Below are positions 11,085 through 23,898 of a stretch of 64,000 nucleotides of DNA, one piece after another. Positions within the stretch are counted from its first letter, which is position 1, and every line of letters begins with the position of its first letter. The notes beneath the pieces were generated by a model that was given only the letters and a program-made list of their open reading frames with translations, searched no databases and was not told the DNA's origin. The DNA is from Podarcis pityusensis (taxonomy: Eukaryota). The translations under genes were made by a program, and so were the position numbers. The stretch is taken from the NCBI GenBank assembly GCA_964106645.2, contig OZ067046.1; one strand, written 5' to 3'.

Positions 11085-13386
11085 TCTCAACCTGGCTGCT
11101 TGTTTAAAACCAGAATCTTCAAGTGGAATCATGGTTTGTAAATCAAGAGAGCTAGAGGATAAGAGGAATATTGAGACCCTGGTGACTCCTTCAGATAATA
11201 TGGAAGTCCAAAACCATATCACTTTTCTTGATACTAGTGGGTCCTTTCCTCTAGGCCCATATGCTAGGACTACCACTCGCCATTTGCAATGAAGGTTATT
11301 TTGCATGAAGGAGATAGCATTTGAGAGAGTGATCTGGCCTTAGAGGTATAAAAGTCTTTAATTCACCATCACAATAGTTTATCAAGTTGCTCACCTGGAG
11401 CTTTTCTCACTGCCTAAGCCAATCATGTTCTGTGAGTTCCTTGTCCAGGACAGAATACCATCTCTAGTCAGTGCTGAATTTAGGGAAGCGTGGGTGGTTT
11501 CCCCACATAGGGTGCCGAGTTGAGGGGGTGCAAAATTGAGAAGATCTACAACTGAGAAGATCCAATTAGGGGCACCAGATTTTAGCCTCGCTCAGGGCAC
11601 CATACTACCAAAGATTACCAAAGTTTGCCCCTCCTCTAGTACTATGCAATTTCCTTTTTCCAGTCCCTCTTACTGGTTTCCTATGACTGTCTACCTGGTT
11701 GCAACTCTGGAAACTGCTGATCTTGGTTTTGCTTTGAGCCAGTCATATTGATAAAAAAGACTCTTTCTGAGCCTGATTTCCATCAGTTATACCCTTTTTT
11801 TCTTCCTACTCGCTTCCCTTCATAAATCTTATCCGATGCCTGAAGCCTGAGTGCTTTGCATTTTCTCTGGTGCTTTGATTCTGTAAAGATGTGGGGCTTA
11901 GGCATGGCATACATTTTGTATCAATACAAATTACCCAGAATACTTCAATCAAAACCTGGTTTCATTCCAGCTTTTAATTATTTGCCCAGGTAATTTTAAC
12001 CACTTTGACAATATTTATGCAAAGTACTTGCAGGAAAATTTAAACTGCAGTGCCATGTATGCTGCATAAAAAGATGTCTGAGCATATTCAATAAAAAGGT
12101 GGCACTCTGCTTTTTGGACATCTCTTACGAAAAGCAGAAAAGCAGCAAGTTGCAGCATATAAAGTTATATTTAATGTAACTTTAAATTGCTGTTCTGATA
12201 TTACACTGGACTGTCACAGTAATTTCATTTCTCCATTCCAAGTAACTTGTAGGCACCTTTGTTGGTACAGAATATAGCTTTGTGTCATATTTTTTAAACC
12301 CTCTCATTTCATGCAGAAAATGTCAATAAATATAATAGGATTTTCATTCATTTTTAAACCATATTTGAAATGCGTGCAGTAAAAGGGGTATAATAATAAG
12401 AGAGATTACCTGCTTATTTTTCAGATCATACCTAATAGTCTGTGTTATCATTTTCAGTCATAGTTCACTAGAGCTAAATAATAATAAAATAATAAAACTG
12501 GCCACCTTTGCATGTAATTAGACTTCAGGAACAAAGTTGGTAAACTCTGTGTTGTGTTAAGCATAACACAGATAAATCCTTGTGGGCAAGATGAAACAAT
12601 TTAACAAAATTAAATGGAAGGTAATACTTTGTAAAGGTATATAATAAAGCAAGTAAGCTACCATGATTTAACACTGTGAAAAAATGTGTTTCAGTTGTGG
12701 AAGAACATGCCACAGTGCAAATTGTCTTATTCTGCCTGAAACTGAGGACAAACATGGAATATTTTATGCACTGAAGCTTAACGCTTTGTAAATTATGCCA
12801 GGAAGTCAGGCAGTTCAATACCTCTCATTTAAGTATGGATGGCACTGTTGCAAATTGTGGCAGAGTCATTTATTTTCAGGAGCAGTGGGGAAAATATTTA
12901 AAGAATATTGTGCATATTCTTTGAAGGGGGAAAACACACAGAGACTGTGTAAGTCTTCATAATGTAGCAAAAAAGCTGATTATCATATTCTCCCAGGCCT
13001 GTCATTAGCAATGCCTCTGCTGCATAGCCCATGTCAGAAAGAAGGTTCACTGTAAAAAAAAAAAAAAAAGGATGAATTATCTTCTAAAACTAGACTAACC
13101 CAGACCCATAGTCGCAGTCATTTTTCAAGAAAGGTGTGGGGGTTTTTTGGTATGGGGGTGGGGTGTGTTGTATAGAATTTTGTTCAAATTAAACTGAACT
13201 GGTGAAGCAGACCAGAAAAGAAATCTTGTGGTCATGAATGGCAAAGAAAAAACATCAACCCAGTTGTGCGGCAACTGTTTATTTGAAAGAATAGAAAAAC
13301 TTGGTAAAATCATACCTAAGTACACACATGGAGTTACTGGATTGTGGCCAATATTCTTGAATAGCAGTACAGTACCGCTATACTGC

Positions 13387-13576
13387 ACCAAGGCCCTAAA
13401 CAGCCTCAGTCCAGTATACCTGAAGGAGTGTTTCCAACTCCATCGTTCTGCCCAGACACTGAGGTCCAGCACCGAGGGCCTTCTGGTGGTTCCCTGACTG
13501 AGAGAAGCGAAGTTACAGGGAACCAGGCAGAGGGCCTTCTTGATAGTGGTGCCCGCCCTGTGGAACACCCTCCCAC
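13387..13576 (+). mobile_element. L2 LINE ORF2 C-terminal fragment
   Basis: KALNSLSPVYLKE...TLRSSTEGLLVVP*...GTRQRAF..VVPALWNTLP matches the L2 ORF2 end (RAFSVxAPxLWNxLP). Confidence 0.85.
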
Positions 13577-13832
13577 CATGAACATGAAATTTATTATGGT
13601 CAGAGACCAGCTTGTGAAACACAAATGGAACTACAATCCCAAAAGCAAAACAAACATTTAAAACAATATATAACAATGGATTTTAAATTTAAAAATGTGG
13701 TAGGCATATAAACACATAAAAACTTTAAGATAGACTACCATAGAGAAATGACCCAGAGTCGCCCGTGGATCCGAGTTTGGCAATTTTCTTAACAAACTAT
13801 ATTGAATCGGGGGATGGTCTGCGCCTACAGAT

Positions 13833-14967
13833 CTGTGAGTGTTGCAAACTGGAAGACTTATTATGCAGTCTGAAACATAAGACAGATATTTCCGGTCACT
13901 GTCTCTTCTTGTCTGTGCCAACAGAAATTGCCTGACTACTAGGGAGCAGAGCCTGAGTGGTGGACTGGAGGCCCACTTGCAAAGCCATCTGCCCGAGAAG
14001 TGGCAAACAGACTTATTGGGGTAACTCCAAATAGTTTACATGTTTCTCCATCAGGCAACTTATAGTCTTGCTGTTGTCTTCTGACTCATCCACTTAAATG
14101 TTAAGCGTAAGTATTTATGCATAGACCAGCAGTTTATGAATCACAGCCATAGAAATCTATTGGCAAAGTAGCAAATCCTACCATTTATTCAAATATACCC
14201 TCTGACATTGCTTCAAGTCAGAAATAACAGATGTTAGTAAGACTCCCACATGTGCATTGCTTCTCTTACCATATTATAGGCCTATAAAGGATTTATTCTG
14301 CAGATTTCTTTACATCTTTAATACCGTGTTGTTACAAAACGCTCTGAGAACCCAGCATTTTTGCAATTATAACTGGCGTAGTGTATACCTTATGGAAGTA
14401 TTAACATCTGAGGCATCTACAGGCTGGAGCTATGTCTGACATATGAGAACAGGATACTGGTGAAAACATTCCCATATCTACTTATCCCAGTCCTCCCCAC
14501 AATTTAAAGAAATGCTCACGCTTGTGCCCACTACACCTCAACAGATGTGACTTGTGGGGCAGAGAGACTTGCAACATGATGTTAGGAGAGGGTGTTCCCA
14601 CACATTTCAGGAAAGAGGAACGTTAAGCATGAAGGTATTATTTTCAGCAGGATCCCACATATTTCCTTTAGTCATGTCCTCTGAGTTACATGTCAGTGCT
14701 ATCCAGCATAGACATATAAGGAAAGGGATCAGAGCCATGTGTGCCACTGTGACTCCAGAAATAAAATCAGAGGTGCTAGTAATGGAAAGATGAAGAAAGA
14801 TGAAGCGGAATGGAGTGGAGACTTATTCACTCCAGTCCACCACTTAGGCTCTGCCCCCTAGTAGTCAGACAATTTCTGTTGGCACAGACAAGAAGAGACA
14901 GTGACCAGAAATATCTGTCTTAAGTTTCAGACTGCATAATAAGTCTTCCATCTTGCAACACTCACAG
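13833..14967. repeat. 138-bp inverted repeat (13833-13970 / 14830-14967), 7 mismatches, 859-bp spacer
   Basis: Manual alignment of the left arm to the reverse complement of the right arm. Confidence 0.95.
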
Positions 14968-15562
14968 CTGTCACATTAGTAATATATTAGGATCCACTAC
15001 AATGGAGACTGCTAAACATGTGTATTGTTTAACAATTCTTCTTTAGCTATTGCAGCTCTGACTCTGAGCATCTCAGGCACTTTGCTTCAATGAAAATTCT
15101 GTAGACATTTCTTCTTTTGTTGCTGTATTTTAACATAAAACCTCAAGTGCAAATCCTGTGGGAAGTGTGAACTAAGGCACAAAATGCCAAATTATTATGT
15201 ATTTGAACATTAAACACAGATAAAAATATTTAACTATGAAACCTCTGTACCTATTCCCCAGCTGTCAAAACCTTCCTTTTATAATAATATTGCTACTCCT
15301 GAATAAAAGCCTACATTAATTCTAGAAAGTGTTTGGACTGGGGAACAGCTACTGCAAAGTCACTTCCAGGTGTTGTGGCTATATTGCATTGTCAAGTAGT
15401 ATATAGGAAGACTGAATTAACTGTTGTGGATCATCATGGGTTTCAGCGCCTCTAATGCATATCATGTTTGGGCCAGGGATGTATCCAAATTCTAGCCATT
15501 TTTATGTACACCAGCACAGTATTTATTCCTTGGCTGTCAGAAGAGTGCTTGAGACTGTATAG

Positions 15563-15700
15563 CAGGACTGGGGAACCTGCAGCCCTCTGGATTTTGTTGG
15601 ACTCCAAATCCCATCAGCCCCAACTAGCATGACCAGTGGTCAGGGATAATGGGAGTTGTAGTTCAGCAGCACTGAGCGAGCCAGTGTTTTCCCAGCCCTG
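15563..15700. mobile_element. Short hAT-Charlie-like MITE (about 135-bp family)
   Basis: CAGG...CCCTG termini; 8-bp TSD CTGTATAG/CTGTTTAG; internal palindrome; relatives at 26301, 33192 and 59929. Confidence 0.8.
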
Positions 15701-16204
15701 CTGTTTAGCCTATACCCATAACCACTAGATTAGTATACACTATTGTTAGTCAAGGGCAGTAGGATGGAGCATTGTGGACCGTTAGCTAGGGTTGTGAATA
15801 TGAAGGAGGACAGGTTGCCATTGCCATTAAAAAAGATGACAGTGGCTTCTTATAAAGTCATCATTTGCAAAGATGACAACTTCTCTTTTTAGGAAAGATG
15901 GCTTGAATATATGGTAGCAGAGTAGGCTGAATCATTTCTAGAGGTGGCATCTTTTTTCTAACTATTTCAATCAGGGTTTCAGTCTGCTAAGGAGACCAAG
16001 ACAGCTTTAAGCTTTCTGTAGATTTTGACATGAACATGGCAGGGAAACCATTTTAAGGTTAAAAGCTGCATCTCCTTATAGGTAACCTTTCATGACTCAC
16101 ATGGTAGTGGTGAACAGCTAAAAGAGGGTAGGAACAAAGCAACACTCCATTCGTATCTATGGATCCATACACACCACATTTATGTACAACTATTCACACA
16201 CACA

Positions 16205-16587
16205 GAGGGTGGTGCTGTGGTCTAAACCACTGAGCCTCTTGGGATTGCCGATCAGAAGGTTGGCGATTCGAATCCCTGCAACAGGGTGAGCTCCTGTTGC
16301 TCGGTCCCAGCTCCTGCCAACCTAGCAGTTCAAAAGCACATCAAAGTGCAAGTAGATAAATAGGTACCGCTCTGGCGGGAAGGTAAACGGCATTTCCGTG
16401 CACTACTCTGGTTTTGGTGTTCCGTTGCACCAGAAGCAGCTTAGTCATGCTGGCCACATGACCCGAAAAACTGTCTGCGGACAAATGCCGGCTCCCTTGG
16501 CCTGTAAAGCGAGATAAGCACCACAAACCCAGAGTCGTCTGCGACTAGACTTAACTGTCAGGGGTCCTTTACCTTTACCTTTACCTT
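16205..16587 (+). mobile_element. Sauria SINE, near full length
   Basis: tRNA-related head (GGTGGTGCTGTGG...GATTCGAATCC), AGTAGATAAATAGGTACC core, (ACCTTT)n tail, TSD TATTCACACACACA. Confidence 0.92.
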
Positions 16588-16588
16588 T

Positions 16589-16591
<3 letters not shown>

Positions 16592-16623
<32 letters not shown>
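16592..16623. repeat. (CA)n microsatellite within the SINE 3' TSD
   Basis: Direct reading. Confidence 0.9.
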
Positions 16624-16632
<9 letters not shown>

Positions 16633-16929
16633 TCTATATTCATCTAACCATCCATCCACACTCATACATACATTTATCTTCCAGCTATGCGGTCTTTTAA
16701 ACCTCATCTCTCTCTTTCTTTCTCCCCTAATTTCTCCCCTTATCTCTTTTCCCCTACTCTTATCTCCCATGGCAATTAGGCTTAGGAAAAAATTCCATTC
16801 ACATGAATAAAACCGTCAGTGCAATTGCTCAAAGTCAATACAATTGTTTCCCTGTGAAGGTTAGGATGAGCCTCTTCCTGGTGGTTTTCTTTAGGGGCTG
16901 CAAGGCCTCTGGTCCTGGATAGCTTATGG

Positions 16930-17175
16930 CAGAGGCACCAGGTTGCTCCCAAGATTGGGGGGGGGGGGTGCTGCGCGTGTGTAATGTCATGTGTGTCACA
17001 CACCTGTAATGACGCATGTGCAATGCGTGCCCAACGGAGGAAGCTGAGCACTGGAGGACCTGCAACACATAGAGCATGCTGTGCGCACAGGTCCATCTCA
17101 AGATTGAAGGGGCCTGGGGCCCTTAAAACAAATATTGAGGTGCTGAGGTCCCCTCCCCTAGAGTTGGTGCACCTG
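16930..17175. mobile_element. Non-autonomous hAT element
   Basis: CAG...CTG termini; 8-bp TSD GCTTATGG/GCCTATGG; GC-rich body. Confidence 0.6.
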
Positions 17176-18384
17176 GCCTATGGGAGGTGACGTGTGCTGC
17201 TGATTTGAGTTGTTGTTCACTGCCAAATTTTTTTTGGCTCATTGTTATTATGGTTTCATTGCATTCTGGTATGAACCTAGGCAATGCAGTATATCAATAT
17301 TTTAATTAAATATTTATGAATATCAAAGGAAGTAATATATATTGGTTGCACTTGTTCCACTATTCCATTGACATAGATGCACAATACTTGTACAAAGGCC
17401 TTTCATATAGCATGCAGAATGGATATGTCTGTATGTAGTATGCACATATTCTGCTGGGGTGCATGTTCTATTTTGACATTTCCCTCCTGGTCTACACATA
17501 TTCACCACTAACAACTACATTAAAATTCAACATTAAATACAAAAATAAAAATGTATGTGGATGACATTTGCTCACTGCAAAGCACCTGAGAGGTATTAAT
17601 GTTCAGGATTTCAATTAGAGGTGGGTGAACTTGCTTAGCTAAAGTAAAAAGCAGCATGAACATCTGGCCATTCTCTCAAAATGAAGTTAAGTATGCTTTT
17701 ATTTGGCAAGAGAGGAGAAGTTCAGATCCAGATCAGGTTTCAGGCTATATTTTAGTTTCCGGGCAAATCATATTTAAGCTTCTAGTTCAGATTAGATGAG
17801 TGACTTTTCAAAAGCAGCCTTACGCTGAAGAAAACTCACAACTTCATTTGTTCTTCTGTAATCTATTTTAACTTGGAACCCCCTTTGCCTAATTTTGGTA
17901 GTGTGAAGCTGAAAAATAGATTTCTTTCAATTTTAAATCCCTGTCAGAATGAAAATAACACAATCATATTTGAAAACAATTCTTCACATTCCGCACTTAA
18001 TTGTAAAACAGCATAATGAAAGAGAAGGGCAGAAAGCTGCCACTGAAACAAGAACATACTTTATATTAGAGAACAAACCCTCATGTGTAGCAGTGCAGCA
18101 TTCTTCAAAAATCACTATCTGTGGGGAGGGTTATTAAAGTTTCTGGCCATGATGCAATGGACATATATAGACAGTACGATGATTTGAATGTACTCAAGTG
18201 CATTTTTGTGTGCTCTTGATTAGACCTAACACATACCCTCACAATTCTCTCATCAGAAGGAATTTTCTCTTTTTATCGAAAGCTCATACTTAAAATTAGA
18301 AATTGCCAAAGCACTTTCATTTTGTGTTTGGGTTCTTCTCCAGCTCATATTTCAAGCTGATCCACAGAATTCTTTCCCCTCACC

Positions 18385-18498
18385 CAGGGCTTTTTTGCAG
18401 ATGGAACTCAGTTCCGACACCTCTCAGGTGGATGCCATCGTCATTATAAGAGAACAAGGGAGGCATTCATGGTGAGTTCTGGCACCTGCCCAGCACTG
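18385..18498. mobile_element. Short hAT MITE
   Basis: CAGGGCTTTT...AGCACTG termini; 8-bp TSD CCCTCACC/CTCTCACC. Confidence 0.7.
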
Positions 18499-19256
18499 CT
18501 CTCACCTATACTGAGCAACACCTTCCCCTCTTTACATTCCTTCTTGTTTTTGCTTTTAGCTCTGACACTGAGAAAAAAGTAAGCACAGCAGTTTCTCCCA
18601 CCCCTTTGCCTTCCGTTGGTGCCTGGTGCTGCCACAAAAGCAGGATGGATGCTAAGGGTAGGAAGGAGAAAAATTTCAATCCCTCTCCACTGGAGCCATA
18701 GTTCCAAGGTAAACTTGTTAACAGACGGTTGAAGAAAGTGGTTGAAGGCCAGTGAGTGGGTTGCAGAGTTTTAGCTTGATGGGAGGCAGGCAGGAGTACA
18801 ATTAAATGCTTAAGGATAGGATCAGAGAAGGATTGGTCTATGCCCTTGACTAGATGCACTACAGAGTCTGATTTAATTCAGATTGTCTCTGAATAGTCTA
18901 AGCAATTTCCCAGTTGGGAGAAAACCAGATTGATATGAACTAATTCAAGGAAAACTAGGGAAGGAGCAGTATTCACCTATCACTAGCCAGAACTCATGCA
19001 TCTTTCAATCTACCAGATGTTCTGCCCCAATTTAGTTACAAATTAAAAAGTGCTTGTTTGTAACTTCTGAAGCTACTCAAAGCAAACAGGCTGAAACTCT
19101 GCCATGGGAAAGTTGCACCAGCATCTGTGTCATGCATCCTGCACCATTGTTCCAAACTCATGCACACTGAGTTGCCTAGCTGCAACTAACAATAATAATT
19201 ATGCTTTTATTCTGAAGTATTTAAGTCCTTGTCCAGGAGGTTGGTTCTCAGAGTGG

Positions 19257-19345
19257 TAATAAACAACAACAACAAATTTCTTATACCTCACCCATCTGAC
19301 TGGTTTATCCCAGCCACTCTGGGTGGCTTCCAACAAAATATAAAG
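19257..19345 (-). mobile_element. LINE (L2-type) 3' end
   Basis: Reverse-complement match to 29828-29885 (gttggaagc..cccagagtg..ctggga..ccagtcagatgggt) with a simple-repeat tail. Confidence 0.6.
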
Positions 19346-19677
19346 GAACAAAACAAAGTTCTTATACAGGAACACCATACTAATATAATTGAAACACATT
19401 AAAACCAGTGTAAAACAACTTTAAATGGAGAGACGAATTCAAAAGTAGGAGGCAGCTGGGAGTGGTGTTGAAGGGTCATGGCGGAGTTATGGGAACAAAC
19501 TCTGAAAGCATCTACAGAATAACCAAATCTCTACAAAATTTAAACAAAGGATAAACTGCATCAGATATAAACTGGTTGGGTACACCAGAGTAGATAGAAG
19601 GTCCTGTGCTACTAAAGGCAGAGTTGCCTGCCAATCTAAGGTATATCAATGGAGGGAGGGATTCCCATCTCTGTATA

Positions 19678-19800
19678 TCGCAGATGGGAAAACCAGGCTG
19701 GTACAGCGGCTTGCTCACAACATCCAATGAGCTCAAATATGAGGTGAAATTTGAACCAGGGATTTCATGGCTTACAGCTCACAATGCTAGCAACTACCCC
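19678..19800 (-). mobile_element. Old MIR-like SINE fragment
   Basis: cagatgggaaaac..ggc and atttgaaccagg (B-box on the minus strand); heavily diverged. Confidence 0.4.
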
Positions 19801-21322
19801 TTACAACTTCTCTCAATAGAGGCCAAACTTAAAGAATAATATTTTTCAGTAGATTTTTCAAGGTTAACTTCTTTCCAACCTAATTATCAAACCATAATGG
19901 AAAACTCAAGTAGTGTTCAAAGTGTATGTCCTTGGATCTTCTTTGAGATTGCAACAAAATCCGGTTTTTAAGTAGCTATTGAAATGCTCTTTTCTGCAAT
20001 TATGACTCCACTACAATGCTTAAGTAATAAAAGTGAATCTATGCTTAAGTCAAGGACTTTATTCTCAATTTCTTTGTGAGTAAGTGGAGCAGGGAATTCT
20101 TTGGTGTTTTGCAAGGAGGCCTCTAGCATGCTGCTTGTGGTACTTCACCGAAATAAACAAAAACAAAAACACAAAAACAATGGTGCCCATCATTGAGAAA
20201 TACATAGTGAGTAAGTACTTGAAGCACTTGTTTTCCTGCACAGCAAAAATATCATCCTTTTACATGTTGCAAACTAATCAATATAGTAGAAGTGGAACTG
20301 TAATGTCAGAGCCATACAAATGAAGTGTCAGATGCATGTTCTTACAAGAATAATTCAAAAGCTGACATTGAAAGGGAAAGAATGAAGTAACCATTAGTGT
20401 TATGTGTATATCTGCCACCCACATCTTTTGCTAGTCCCTCTGGAATTCTTTTAACTTCACTCAACATTTCTCCGCTCATTCTTCCAAGCAAAAAGTTCAA
20501 CATTTGACTTCATTTCACTCTAAGTGAAATTCTATTGAAAATGTAGTCCCACTGCACAGGCAACTTCTTCACTAACCCACAAATCCTAATGTGAATATGA
20601 AAGGCAGGTGACAGTCTTGGCACACCTTCATTACAATTTTCTGTGGGTTCAAAATAGGAGACTTCCCCTATAGTTTTGTTAATCTTGGTGAAGCTCTTTC
20701 TCCGTTCCCCCAAATTCCTTAGATGTTTCACTGAGGTAGCAACCTCCAAGATTAACTCCAAAGTTCACCTTAGCTAAAATTTGATGGCCACTCTGATAAC
20801 AACGAACTGACAATTTCCTGTTGGAATACATTTGGATCGTCCAGTACAGCAGCATTCACACTCTCACAAACCACACAATCTGAAAAGAATAGAATGACGC
20901 TCCCATCAGGCCTAACCAGCATGGCCAACAGAAAGAGATGATGGGTGTTTCTTAGACAGTTCTATTACAAATAGGAATGCAAACTGCCAAGTTTCCAGTG
21001 CCACTAGTGCCTAAACAATTGGCCTTGGCATCTGGTTTCCTAAAGAGGGCAGAAAGTAGTCCGTAACCCCCCCCCCCCGGTGTTGGACCGGTCACTTTTT
21101 CCTATTTAGTTAGTTCCTAGTTGAAGCTAGCAGCCACTCACTGGGAGAGGGGCAGGGCTTCCATTTAAATTTCTGTAATTCCCAGGTACGTTTGAACCCG
21201 GAAACCTTACAATCAAGTATGGCCTGGAAGAAAGGAAAATGGGGAGATAAGGAGAAGAGAAACTCTCTTCTCTTCCTGGCAGTTGTGTTCTCTTTCTTCC
21301 AAGCTGACTTTTAAGTTTTGCG

Positions 21323-21326
<4 letters not shown>

Positions 21327-21354
<28 letters not shown>
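21327..21354. repeat. (CA)n microsatellite
   Basis: Direct reading. Confidence 0.95.
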
Positions 21355-22396
21355 GATTACATCCTGATCATAATCGTGAGCTATTGCCTTTTGGTAAGCA
21401 TGTAGGGTAATCATGTGCCAATCACAAAATTCACTATTAGTAAATGATATTTTGTGGTATAATTAATGTACTGAGAGGACATTAATCTGCGGTAATCTGC
21501 CATCTTCAATTTCCTAAAACCAGTATTATTCCATTGGTCTGGGCAATTTTTCTTATGTCCAGTTCATTAAAAGTTATTTTTCAGCAGGTAGAAAGAATGG
21601 CAGATGGGTGCCAACGTTCCATTCATGGGCATAAACTGCAACACACTCCACCTCTGTCTCAAGAAAGAGTATGGATTACTAGTGTATTAATGTCATAATG
21701 TTATTCCATACTCAGTCTATCTTGACTATATATGTCAGAGACATACTTCACAACACTTAACACTTTAACACATAAAAGTATTAACTCATACATGGTACCT
21801 TTGCTGCTCCAGCTTTTCAGATGAGAAAATCCCTAGTCCAATTACATTACAAAAGGGAGCTATTTAACTCACTGAATTTCCCTAATGACTCTCGGGAGCA
21901 ATGATCATATGGCTCTCGAAAATACACCAAGTTCTCCTGGTAATTTCAGTTGCATTAATATCCACTCTCACATGCTGTCCTGAGCTCTTGTGTGGTCCTG
22001 CTGTGGGCAATTAAAAAGTTGCCATGTTCTACCCCAGAGATCCGTGCTTTTTAGTGGTAATAATGAAATGTATTTATTTACACAATAATCTTTGGCATGT
22101 ATTTTCAAGTCTAAGCATAAAATAATTTCCAGACAACCCAGCTGTCATTTGCCTCATTTTATACATAAGGAAAATGTTTTGTGAAAAACACATAAGTGAT
22201 TACCCAATATGAAAACACATAACTAGCAGATTAAAGACAAAATCTGTGTATTTATTAGGCTGAAATTCAAAGATCTTCCTCTTGTGGTAGCTGACTACTG
22301 CTCGTGGAAGAGCCATTTCCCACAATTAAACAGCCTGTGTTTGAATTCTGCACAAAATAAAGCCTTTTCCAGATATTTTGTTTAGCCTACATAAAC

Positions 22397-22443
22397 TAAG
22401 GTTACCAGATTTTTTTCAATGAATCCGGGGACACTTTATATAA

Positions 22444-22477
<34 letters not shown>

Positions 22478-23898
22478 GTTATTTAAAAAAATTAAGAAGT
22501 AATATCTTCTCTTCTGTGGTCACCTCTGTTGCTTGGCCTTCCTCTGGGTCCCAGCCTGCTTTCTTGGAGCACTAGCCATGTTTCCACTCCCTCTCTCTCC
22601 CACCTTGCACTGCGATCCCTTACAGACTTACTCAGGAGTAAGCGTTAGCAGAAACCCCTTCCTTCTGCTGCTGCCCTGCCCACCTGTGGGTGTCTCCTGC
22701 ACAGGCATCAGCCGAGTTTGAGAATATGACTGTGGGATGATCACTGAATCACAGATTTGGAAAGGACCTCTGAGGGGCATCTAGGCCAACCCCCTGCAAT
22801 GGAGGTACCTCAACAAGAGCAGCCACAATTTAAAAGAACATAAGGCTTCCCTGCTCCATTTACACCTATTGTGACACAGAAGATACCCCCCCCAAGCCCC
22901 ATCCTACCAATCTCTCCCTTTTTATCAAAGGGAAGGGGAGGGAGGCAAGCAAGCAGAGGTAGCCTCTTTTAATTTTTTTAAAGGTTCGTTTTAATTTTTT
23001 TAAGGTTCATTCTTTAATAAGAAGGGAACAGGAAAGCTCTTTAGGGGGAACCAACATAAACACCCCCAAAATAAACATAAAACATTCCTCCCCTTTTATT
23101 TTTTGCTAGTGTAGCAGCAGCACATAATGATGTATAGGGTTGGGGAACCAAATGTGTGAAAAGACAAAGGGAGAATTTGGAAGAGTTTTATGGGTAAGGA
23201 GAAAAAAATGGGGAGACAGACAATAACACAGAGAGGAGGGAGGGAGGGAAGGCAGTCCAATATAGCTCACAAACATGCAGAATGGAGCAAATGAGGCAAG
23301 ACAATCCCCCCCCCCCTTAACTTTGAAGCAACAGCTTCTGTCTGGAAGAGCAAAGGGAAGGCTCAAGGCAGAATCCTGCTTTCTGCCAGCTTGGTAGCTC
23401 AGCTCACAAGCAGGCAGAATGCAGCAAAGGGGGCTTTAAAGGCATGAAAAGGTCTCCTTCTTTCTCATGAGCAAGCAGGAGAGACAGGGTGGCTTGCAGA
23501 GATGTCATGCAGGGAGGCTTCTTCCCTACACCTCAGCTCCGCAGGTCCAAAGAGCAGCCTTGCCTCTCTGGCTCAAGCAAGCAAGCAAGCAAGCAAGCGG
23601 GAGGAGCAGGGCTGTTTGCAGAGCTGACAGAGAGGGAGGTTTCTTTTTGAATGTCAGCTGATAGGTGGGAGAGTTGCAGCAAAGCCCAGCTGCACTTCCA
23701 TCTCCTGAGGAGACCCTCTCTGGAGCTGTAGTGGATGATTGCTTCTGGCTCTGGGGAGGGTCTGGAAGTGCCCAGGCATATGATTAATCCAGGGACATTA
23801 CTTTAAATCTGAGGACATTCTGGAGATGGATTTTGTCTGGGGACAGATTGGTAAATCCGGGGGCTGTCCCCGGGAACCGGGGACATCTGGTAACCGTA
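22397..23898. mobile_element. 1.5-kb non-autonomous hAT (Blackjack-like) element
   Basis: TIRs TAAGGTTACCAGAT / ATCTGGTAACCGTA; perfect 8-bp TSD ACATAAAC (22389-22396, 23899-23906); subterminal ATCCGGGGACA-like repeats at both ends. Confidence 0.88.

Noticed and set aside
13125-13676. 183-aa minus-strand ORF
   Set aside because: Antisense read-through of the L2 fragment.
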